Positions 9,606 through 17,960 of a stretch of 20,000 bases of DNA are shown here, piece by piece. The DNA is from Chiloscyllium plagiosum (taxonomy: Eukaryota), in contig NC_057750.1 in NCBI RefSeq assembly GCF_004010195.1, positions 8,971,891 through 8,991,890 on the forward strand, written 5' to 3'. The position numbers and the translations under genes were made by a program. Each line of letters starts with the position of its first letter. Within the stretch, counting starts at the first letter, position 1. The notes beneath the pieces are model-generated. The model saw only the letters and a list, made by a program, of their open reading frames with translations. It was not told where the DNA came from and made no database searches.

Positions 9606-9847
9606 AGCACAGCCGGTCAGGCAGCATCCGAGGAGCAGGAGAATCGATATTTCGGGCATAAGCCCTTCATCAGGAGCAGGAGAATCGACGTTTCAGGCCA
9701 GAGCCCTTCATCAGGAATTCCTGATGAAGGGCTCTGGCCTGAAACGTCGATTCTCCTGCTCCTCGGACGCTGCCTGACCGGCTGTGCTTTTCCAGCATCA
9801 CAGTCTCGACTCTGGCCTCCAGCATCTGCAGAATCCTCACTTTCTCC
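9606..9847. mobile_element. Fold-back element of PLE family A with three hammerhead cores
   Basis: Perfect palindrome 9672-9763, outer arms 9606-9633 and 9761-9788, and a 41-bp tandem duplication in the left arm. Cores at 9646-9673(-), 9687-9714(-) and 9721-9748(+). Confidence 0.9.
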
Positions 9848-10399
9848 TACGGGGCACCTCTGCCTCAGAGACGGGACTGTGGTGTCCCTTCCGAGTGATT
9901 CAAACCAAAACCATGACCCCCGGGTGTCAGGTGCAGAAATCCATTGTGGGCAACAAAGTATTTTTCGAGTTTGCAGTGCACTTTTAATTCCCTGGCAGCT
10001 GATTTCCACCTCATTTACAGTTGAGCTTCAGTTTGCAAATCTCTTCGTTCTCAGGCTGCGCCTGTTCAATCCTGAGCTATCCTGACATACCTGCTCACCT
10101 CTCTGTGAGGCCTGGCTGCCTTCGCAACAGTTTGCATTCGCATAGCACCCTTAACATCCTGAGGTGCGCATGTTACCAAACACCGAAGCAGGGTTCTCGA
10201 GGGGACCATCGAGTCACACAGTCCTACCACATGGGTCCTTGGGCCCAAACTGATCCATGCCAATCAAAATGTCCGCCCACGTTAACCCATAGAGTCGTAA
10301 ACGCGGTAGGTTTCAGGGAGTCCCCTTCGTTCTTTCACAGGAATGTCGCCCATCCCTAATTGCCCCTTGAATTCAGCAGCTTGCTTGCCTCTTTCCAAT

Positions 10400-10655
10400 T
10401 ACCCGGGTTCATTTCCCGCCTCAGGCGACCGACTGTGTGGAGTTTGCACATTCTCCCCGTGTCTGCGTGGGTTTCCTCCGGGTGCTCCGGTTTCCTCCCA
10501 CAGTCCAAAGATGTGCAGGTCAGGTGAATTGGCCATGCTAAATTGCCCATAGTGTTAGGTAAGGGGTAAATGTAGGGGTATGGGTGGATTGCGCTTCGGC
10601 GGGTTGGTGTGGACTTGTTGGGCCGAAGGGCCTGTTTCCACACTGTAATGTTATC
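10400..10655 (+). mobile_element. HE1-type V-SINE, 5'-truncated at the B-box
   Basis: cccgggttcatttccc...ggagtttgcacattctccccgtgtctgcgtgggtttcctccgggtgctccggtttcctcccacagtccaaagatgtgcagg...gggcctgtttccacactgta. Confidence 0.9.
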
Positions 10656-10782
10656 TGAAAAAAATTAAAAGTCAACCCCATCGCTTTGGGTCCAGTGTCC
10701 CATATTGGCCTAGACAGGGTAAGCATGGCAGGTTTCCTTACCTCAGCCACATCAATGAACAAGATGGGGTTTTAAAGATCAA

Positions 10783-10976
10783 GAGAACTGCAGATGCTGT
10801 AAATCAGAAAGAGAGACAGCAATTGCCTGAAAAGCTCGTCAGGCCTGGCAGCATCTGTGGAGAGAAATCAGAGTCAACATTTCAGATCGTCAGAAGGGTC
10901 ACCAGACCTGAAACGTAGACTTTGATTTCTCTTCACAGATGCTGCCAGACCGGCTGAGCTTTTCCAGCAACTTCTG
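10783..10976. mobile_element. Fold-back element of PLE family B
   Basis: Arms 10817-10885 and 10908-10976. Centre agaagggtc-acca-gacct-GAAACGTA is a hammerhead stem II and 3' core lacking CUGA. Confidence 0.8.
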
Positions 10977-11115
10977 AAGATGGGACTTTACATCAACTGA
11001 TGTTAGTTGGCCGTTTGATGGGACACAATATCACTTGCAGCTTTTGGAAATGGATTCCATCGTTTGCTATTGTGGGATTTGAACCTACAGCCCCCACAGG
11101 ATAGCAGGTCTGTGG

Positions 11116-11225
11116 ATCTGAAGAAAGGCCACTGGACTTGAAACATTAAGTCTGCTTTCTCTCTCTCAGCATGACCTGCCGAGTTTTTCCGGCATACTAT
11201 GATTTCCAACATCCACAGTCCTCTG
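11116..11225 (+). mobile_element. PLE family B fragment with decayed hammerhead
   Basis: CTGAAGA(11118-11124)-aaggcc-actg-gactt-GAAACATTA, then tctgctttctctct...gacctgccgag as at 8650-8690. Confidence 0.65.
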
Positions 11226-11231
11226 GGTTCT

Positions 11232-11475
11232 TTTGAGATGAGGAGGCATTTTCTCAGCTGGAGGTTGGTGTGTCTGTGGAACTCATTGCCACAGAGGACT
11301 GCGGAGGTCAAGACACTGAGTGTCTTTAAGACAGAGATAGATAAGTTCTTGATTGGTAGGGGATCAAGGGTTACAGGGAGATGTTGGGGGAATGAGGTTG
11401 AGAAATCTTTCAAACATGATTGAATGTTGGAACAGACTTGCTGGGCCAAATGGGCTAATTCTGCTTTTGGTCTCA
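11232..11475 (+). mobile_element. CR1-type LINE 3' end (older or other subfamily)
   Basis: Peptide EMRRHFLSWRLVCLWNSLPQRTAEVKTLSVFKTEIDKFLIGRG, the CR1 ORF2 C-terminus. Confidence 0.85.
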
Positions 11476-11573
11476 TAAAGGGCTGGTTACTGGTATGATG
11501 GGCCAAATAGTCTCCTTTGGTTCTGTATTTGTGATTTATTTTATGAGTCGCATTGTGTATGTGGAGGTTATAA

Positions 11574-11785
11574 TCAAGGTTAGAGTGGGGCTGGAAAAGC
11601 ACAGCAGGTCAGGCAGCATCCGAGGAGCAGGAAAATCGACGTTTCGGGCTAAAGTCCTTCATCAGGAAGGGTTTTTGCCTGAAACGTCGATTTTCCTGCT
11701 CCTCGGATGCAGCCTGACCTGCTGTGCTTTTCCAGCCCCACTCTAATCTTGACTCTAATCTCCAGCATCTGCAGTCCCCACCTCC
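11574..11785. mobile_element. Fold-back element of PLE family A; hammerhead core at 11638-11665 (-)
   Basis: Arms 11574-11660 and 11666-11752 with a 5-nt spacer (atcag). Minus strand reads CTGATGA-A-GGAC-TTTA-GCCC-GAAACGTC. Confidence 0.9.
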
Positions 11786-11825
11786 ACCTATGCAAATGTC
11801 ATGTCAAGACAAAGTTCTGAAATAC

Positions 11826-12270
11826 AGTCATAGGGTCATAGAGCTGTACAGCACAGAATCCCTTCGGTCCAACTCATCCATGCAGACCAAATATCCTAAC
11901 TTAATGTAGCCCCATTTGCCAGCACTTGGCCCATGTCCCTCAGGCATGGGTTAAGGGTGAGAGGGGAAAGATATAAAAGAGACCTAAGGGGCAACTTTTT
12001 CACACAGAAGGTGGTACGTGTATGGAATGAGCTGCCAGAGGATGTGGTGGAGGCTGGTACAATTACAACATTTAAGAGGCATTTGGATGTGTATATGAAT
12101 AGGAAGGGTTTGGAGGGATATGGGCTGGGTGCTGGCAGGTGGGACTAGATTGGGTTGGGATATCTGGTTGGCATGGACAGGTTGGACCGAAGGGTCTGTT
12201 TCCATGCTGTACATCTCTATGACTCTATATAAACCCTTCCTATTCATATACCCATCCAGATGCCTTTTAA
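11826..12270. mobile_element. Cluster of CR1-type LINE 3' fragments: 11826-11938(-), 11943-12226(+), 12230-12270(-)
   Basis: ORF 11933-12148 reads RHGLRVRGERYKRDLRGNFFTQKVVRVWNELPEDVVEAGTITTFKRHLDVYMNRKGLEGYG. The flanking pieces are reverse complements of parts of it. Confidence 0.88.
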
Positions 12271-12271
12271 A

Positions 12272-12594
12272 AGCACTGCTGCCTCACAGCGCCAGGGACC
12301 GATTCCTGGGTTTGATTCCTGTCTTGGGCGACTGCCTGTGTGGAGTTTGCACATTCTCCCCGTGTCTGCGTGGGTTTCCTCCGGGTGCTCCGGTTTCCTC
12401 CCACAGTCCAAAGGTGTGCAGTTTAGAGTGGATTGGCCATATGAAATTGCCCCATAGTGTTAGGCTCTTTAGGGATAAATAAAGAGTAGGGCAATGGGTC
12501 TAGGTGGGTTACTCTTCGAAGGGTCAGTGTAGACTTGTTGGGCCAAAGGGCCTGTTTTCATACTGTAGGGAATCTACTCTAATCTATTCTAATC
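12272..12594 (+). mobile_element. HE1-type V-SINE
   Basis: agcactgctgcctcacagcgccagggacc...ggtttgattcc, V-domain, (aatct)n tail. Confidence 0.9.
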
Positions 12595-12631
12595 AAAATG
12601 TTGTAATTGTACAAAGTAATTGTACAAAGTA

Positions 12632-12948
12632 ATCATAGAATCCCTACAGTGTGGAAACAGGCCCTTCAGCCCAACCGACCCTACACAGAGTATCCCACCC
12701 AAACCCATTCCCCTATCCTAATATCCTACATTTACCCCTGACTAATGCATCTAACCTACACATCCTTGAACACTATGGGCAATTTAGTGTGGCCAATCCA
12801 CCCTAACCTGCACATCTTCGGGAGGAAACCCACGCAGACACAGGGAGAATGCGCAAACTTGACACAGACAGTCGCCCGAGGCAGGAATCGAACCAGAGTC
12901 CCTGGCGCTGTGAGGCAGCAATGCTAACCACTGAGCCAGCATGCCACC
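12632..12948 (-). mobile_element. HE1-type V-SINE, head to tail with internal deletions
   Basis: Reverse-complement head gtggtggcatgctggctcagtggttagcattgctgcctcacagcgccagggactctggttcgattcc and tail gggcctgtttccacactgtagggattctatgatt. Confidence 0.9.
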
Positions 12949-13218
12949 ACAAGCAGTGCTCCAGAAGTGGCCTCACAAATGTGTTGAACAGCTGCTGAGA
13001 GATGAGGGATGCATTAAATCTAGGGACAGCTGCTGCCAAGCTGCAGTGGGGTAAGACACCCCCACCCCCTGAGCAAGGTCTTTCTGCTGAAGTATAACGA
13101 GGGGCTGTTAAGATCTGAGAGCCCCCTCATTGCCTTGAAAGAAATGTAACTGGTTCTCCTCACATGAGTAGAAAACACCTTTATTCCGCGGGAGGCTCCG
13201 AAAACAGTCAATTTCCAA

Positions 13219-13345
13219 AGTTAAAAATCACACAGCACCAGGTTATAGTCCATCAGGTTCATTTGGAAGCACTAGCTTTCGGAGCGCTGCTCCTTCATCA
13301 GGTGGTTGTGGAGCAGGATCATAAGACACAGAATTTATAGGCACA
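13219..13345 (-). mobile_element. Probable PLE terminal fragment, family C
   Basis: Carries a hammerhead of the same architecture as families A and B in otherwise unrelated flanks. PLE origin is inferred. Confidence 0.6.
13270..13304 (-). ncRNA. Minimal type-I hammerhead ribozyme motif (family C)
   Basis: CAC-CUGAUGA-A-GGAGC-AGC-GCUCC-GAAA-GC-UA-GUG: 3-bp stem I (CAC/GUG), stem II, palindromic AGCU stem III, CUA cleavage triplet. Confidence 0.85.
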
Positions 13346-13595
13346 GGAATGCAGTGTCATGGAATGTAATATTAAATTTGTAGAGCTGGTGGGATCAGCC
13401 CTCCTGATATACAAGGGAATTCAGTGATCAGTCTCCATGTGACACAGCACTGAGGGAGTGCCATTCAGTCAGAGGTGAGACAATGAACTCCAGGCTCCTG
13501 GGCAGTGATGACACTGTTTGTCAGAGAGCAGCCTCGTCCAATGTTTTTCACTCAATTGTCGGTCAGCATGTCCCTAATTGCCCTTGAATTATATT

Positions 13596-13765
13596 GGCCA
13601 TGCTCAGTTGCCCCTTGGTGTCCAGGGATGTGCAGGCCGGTTGGGTTAGCCATAGGACATGCAAGGTTACAGGGACGGGCTTGGTGGGATGCCCTTCGGA
13701 GGGTTGGTGTGGACTTGATGGGCCGAATGGCCTGCTTCCATACACTGCAGGGATTCTATGATTTG
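13596..13765 (+). mobile_element. HE1-related SINE 3' half, lying between DeuSINE-like pieces (13430-13560 and 13810-13895)
   Basis: ttggccatgctcagttgcccctt...cttcggagggttggtgtggacttgatgggccgaatggcctgcttccatacactgcagggattctatgatt. Confidence 0.75.
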
Positions 13766-14312
13766 ATGATCCAGTCCAATGGCAAGGACCTTACCCACTG
13801 TGCCATATGTCTGTGACTGCACTTCAGAAAATATTTCACTGGCCATGAAGCACTCCTGAGGCTGTGCGAGGTGCTATAAAAATGCCAGTTCTTTGAACTC
13901 CCACAAGCATCAGGAGGGAGACAATGGTTGGACGATGGGTGAGAGTGAAGTAAAGTGAATGGTGGGCTGCACTAACACAAAGGCAATAAAAGAGGAAACT
14001 ACAAAGCAGTTCCTGCAGAGGTCACTTTGTGTTACATCCTTTTCCCTGGTCCAAAGCAGTCTACATCTCTCTTTTCCCAGCTCTGATGATCAAAAGCAGT
14101 CAATGCCCATCGAAACCTGGCTTTGTTCAGGAGCCTAAGTAGTGCTGGGGTCGAAACAATGCCACTAAATCAGCCCCACAAAGCACTGAACACTCACTGG
14201 CTTGCTTTCTCACAGTCCTACTCAGCGTGTGGGATAGTTTCCCAGGCAGCATCCATCCTGCTCGGACCTACCGTTTAAAGGAACAGTTACAGCCTGACAA
14301 CCACACCTCCCC

Positions 14313-14556
14313 ACTGCACGCACACACACAGCACACACTCACTGACAGACACATGCTGACACACTGACACACATGCACTGACACATGCGTACACTGACAG
14401 ACACACACAGTGACACATAGACAGACATAGACACACACAGACACACACTGACACACATGTGCACTGAAAAATATACTCACACACTGACACACACACACGC
14501 GCGCACACACAGACATATACACATATGAGCTGACACACAGACACCTACACACATAC
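14313..14556. repeat. Degenerate (CA)n / cacactga low-complexity repeat
   Basis: Direct reading: cacacactgacacacatg-type units. Confidence 0.95.
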
Positions 14557-14765
14557 AATCAGCCTTTGCATGTTGAAGCCATTCTGTGATTTCAATTGTT
14601 AGAAGCGAAGTAACCAATCTGTGCATAGCAAGATCCCAATGTAGACTGAATCCTTTGATGGTGCCTGGTACAGCCAACTACAGGGTGATCACCCTTTGCT
14701 TCTCTTCATTAATATCCCCCGAGGTAAAACCAGGGAAAGAGAACATTAATACGTTTTGATGTACA

Positions 14766-15005
14766 AACCCACGACCACATCCATCTGGAAGGACAAGGGC
14801 AACAGATACATGGGAACACCAGCCCCTGCAAGATCCCCTCCACTCACCATCCTGACTTGGAAATATATTGCTGTTCCCTCAGTGTCTCTGGCTCAGGATC
14901 CTAGAATTCCCTCCACCATCTTCTCACGCAGCACGTTCTATATTTCTACCAACCTCTGGGTGAAAAAACATTATTCCTCAGATTCCACTTACACCTCACC
15001 TTAAT
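14766..15005. mobile_element. Second-family LINE fragment (+, 14766-14912) and old CR1 fragment (-, ~14925-15005)
   Basis: First part matches 1295-1440. Second part on the minus strand reads ttaaggtgagg...gaatctgagg...ttttttcacccagaggttggtag (FFTQRLV). Confidence 0.7.
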
Positions 15006-15279
15006 GTAACAGTGGGTGGCATTTCAGACCTGGTGGCCCAGAGGGCGTGGGGGTGGTCAGCGGGCATATCTGCCATGGACAGAGTGGTTGAGATCAGGGT
15101 CACGGGAGCTTGCTGAGGTGGGAGAGGGGGTCGCTGAGTTCTTAAAATGGCGAGCTTGTTGGACTGGGTACCAATGTAGGCCAATGAGCTGATGGCTGGA
15201 CTGAACAGGGTCTGAATGTTTCAGTGAACACTATCCCCAAAGCCAGCCCATCTGCCCCTTGATACCTGAGTCACTGTGC

Positions 15280-15592
15280 ATAGAATCCTTACTGTGCGGA
15301 GAGAGAGGACATTTGGCCCATTGATTCTCCAAACACCAGACCCTCATCCTATCCCTTTAGCCCCCACATTTCCCCATGACTAACCCACTTAGCCAGCACA
15401 TCCCTGGACACTTTGGGGCAGTTGAACATAGTTAATCCACACTAAACCTGCACATCTTTGTGGGAGGAAACCAGAGGAAACCCACGCAGACACGGGGAGA
15501 ATGTGCAAACTCCACACAGACAGTCGCCCAAGGCTGGAATCGAACCCAGGTCCCTGGTGCTGTGAGGGAGTAGTGCTAACCACTGTGTCACC
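15280..15592 (-). mobile_element. HE1-type V-SINE
   Basis: Reverse-complement head gggtgacacagtggttagcactactccctcacagcaccagggacctgggttcgattcc, V-domain, tail. Confidence 0.88.
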
Positions 15593-15671
15593 CTCACTGT
15601 TATGTGTGACTGCAAGTCCTTGGGGCTGCCTCTTAACTGTCCTCTGGGTAATTAGGGGATGGGGAATATAT

Positions 15672-15764
15672 TCAAGGTTCGAGTGCTGGAAAAGCACAGC
15701 AGGTCTGGCAGCATCCGAGGAGCAGGAAAATCGACATTTTGGGCAAAAGTCCTTCATCGGGAAT
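15672..15764 (-). mobile_element. PLE family A fragment with decayed hammerhead, inside a SINE/LINE tail (15620-15830)
   Basis: Matches 11574-11667. Core mutated to CCGATGA...CAAAATGTC. Confidence 0.8.
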
Positions 15765-16841
15765 GAGGCTTTTTTTAATATGCTGGGCCCAGCCAGCAAT
15801 GGTCGCATTCCATCAACCGAATTTAAAATGTGGTCTCTCGGGATGGTTTGTGACATGAAAGGTGCCGTGTAAATGCACACGTTGTTGACCCTGTGAGGTG
15901 CCCCATTAAAGCTGAGGCTGTGAGCGATGTATCTCCATAGGCCCCTGAACTTTGAGGCCCGCAGATAAAAAAAGGGACTTTGAAATGGCTCTCCCAGGGA
16001 TTAAAAACAAAGTCACCTTTTTGAGGGCAGGGGGTAGTGGGGGATCAGTCGTTCCGGAAGGTTCCAAAGGGGAGGTTAAAGTTCTGCAAGAGTGTGAGAT
16101 AGTGGAAAGATAAGCCATACACTCCTTGACCCCGAGATAAGGGAAGTTTGGCTGGTCTGATTAAAATAGGCCGTGTTTCAGGCCTAATGTCAGAGTCTGA
16201 GTCTGGGGATGGAGAGAGGGAAGGGTGAGGGGTGGTGTGGGATCATTGATCTCACATTCAGACCAGAGATCTGTCAACCCATCCCTTAACCTGTAGGTCA
16301 CTCAGGAAAACATCCTCAAATTTTCTTTGATTTTCATTGTGTTGTTTGTCAATTTAAGCACCGTCAGAGGTTAGAGGTTAAATCTTCAACCTCTGTAAAT
16401 GTTCACCCAGCAATATTCCCCCTCCCAGAACAGGTTCAGTTGAAAAATAAATTAAATACAATTGCAAGTGCTGGGACAGAAGATTCCGGAAATTATGTCG
16501 CATTCAATCTGCCAGCCAACAATACTGGGCTCTCTCAATACCGATTCTGAACTTGTTGAAATGTTTTCTGGGTCTGATTGAGATGCAGAGTGAGACTTCT
16601 TCCTGAGCCACAGAGTAGACCCTTCGACCCAACCACAACTTTGTGTCCCACTCCAGAGACTGAGAGCCAAAGTCCAGGCCGATCTCCACACAGCGCAACA
16701 CTGACGGAGTACTGCAGTGTCAAATGTGATAACTTTTTGATTCAGTTAGACAGAAGTCCCCTCTACTCTCTCTGGGTAAAGGAGACTAAAACATCTGACG
16801 ATCACTATCTGCAGATGAGTAAGAGATCCGAAAGTATGTCC

Positions 16842-17280
16842 AGGACAGGATTAGATGCAGAATACTGCTCTCTCAACTCTTTTAAACTGAAAGTAACGGT
16901 CCCTCTACATTGTTTCAATCAACCAGTCCCAGGATAGGGTCAGCACGGGGTTAAATATTGAGTAAAGTTCCGCTACTCTTTCAAAATGAGAGTAAAGCTC
17001 TCTCTACACTGCCCCTCATCAAATAGCTCCAGGACAGAGTCAGCACGGAGTTAGATACTGAGTAAAGGTTCCTCTACTCTTTCAAAATGAGAGTAAAGCT
17101 CTCTCTACATTGTCCCCTTCAAACCCTCTCAGGACAGGGTCAGCACAGGGTTAGATACAGAGTAAAGCTCCCTCTACACCGTCCCCCATCAAACCCTCTC
17201 AGGACAGGATCAGCACAGGGTTAGATACAGAGTAAAGCTCTTTCTACACTGTCCCCCATCAAACACTCCCAGGACAGGGG
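16842..17280. repeat. Tandem repeat with 70-bp and 100-bp units
   Basis: agga(c/t)ag starts at 16842, 16931, 17031, 17131, 17201 and 17271. Unit aggacagggtcagcacagggttagatacagagtaaagctccctctacactgtcccccatcaaacactccc. Confidence 0.92.
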
Positions 17281-17294
17281 TTTCGATGTTTCTC

Positions 17295-17612
17295 ACTGAG
17301 AGAGCTGTTGCTATTTCAGTGAGAGTTTGCCGTGACCTCTGCCTGACCCCGTCAGGTGGATCTAAATGATTCCATGATGCTGTTTCGAAGCAAAGCAATA
17401 AAATTCTGCCTGATTCCTGGTATTCATAATTCAATCAATATTTATAAACCTGATGATCTGCCCATTCTCGCATTAATGGTTGTGGATTTCGCTTTGCAAT
17501 CTCCAAACCCATATTTAATAATGGTGCCACTTTCAGAGTGTTTAACGGCTGTAAAAACATTTTGAAGCATCCTTGGGCCAGGATAGGTGCTATATAAATG
17601 AACATATCTTTG
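17295..17612 (+). mobile_element. DeuSINE-like relic (related 5' piece at ~16640-16810)
   Basis: caggtggatctaaatgattccatg...tttcgaagcaaagca...ggctgtaaa...aggtgctatataaatg resembles the recalled SacSINE1/AmnSINE1 body and tail, and is the reverse complement of the motif at 8320-8340. Confidence 0.55.
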
Positions 17613-17960
17613 TATTCATCATCTGGGTGATTCAAAGTGCTGATGTATCAGTGAACCGTCATCATATCTGTCTCTTTGCTCCTATGTTCAAAGTACAGAA
17701 TGGATGAGATAAAGAAATGTGCTCTCTTAGTCTGACTCACTGTAAACATCTCAAAAAAAACAGCCAAGTTACTTTAAACAACCGCAGATTCTCAGTGACC
17801 TTGGCAAAGTTTGGCTGTGCAAACACAACCCTGACAGGGTCAGTGTCACTAACACGCTCTTGGTTACGTAGACAGCTACCGTTGAGAACAGAGTCGACAC
17901 TCTAAAACATTATCTGTGTACAGAATAAAGATTAGAGATGTGTTAGAGTGAGGGGTGCAG

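Noticed and set aside
14083..14120. CTGATGA...GAAAC possible hammerhead
   Set aside because: No convincing stem II, no palindromic stem III, and no family flanks.
14268..14558. Cys/Val-rich minus-strand ORFs
   Set aside because: Translation of a (TG)n low-complexity repeat.
16812..16840. cagatgag...ccgaaagtatgtc hammerhead-like string
   Set aside because: Core mismatch (CAGA) and no stem II.
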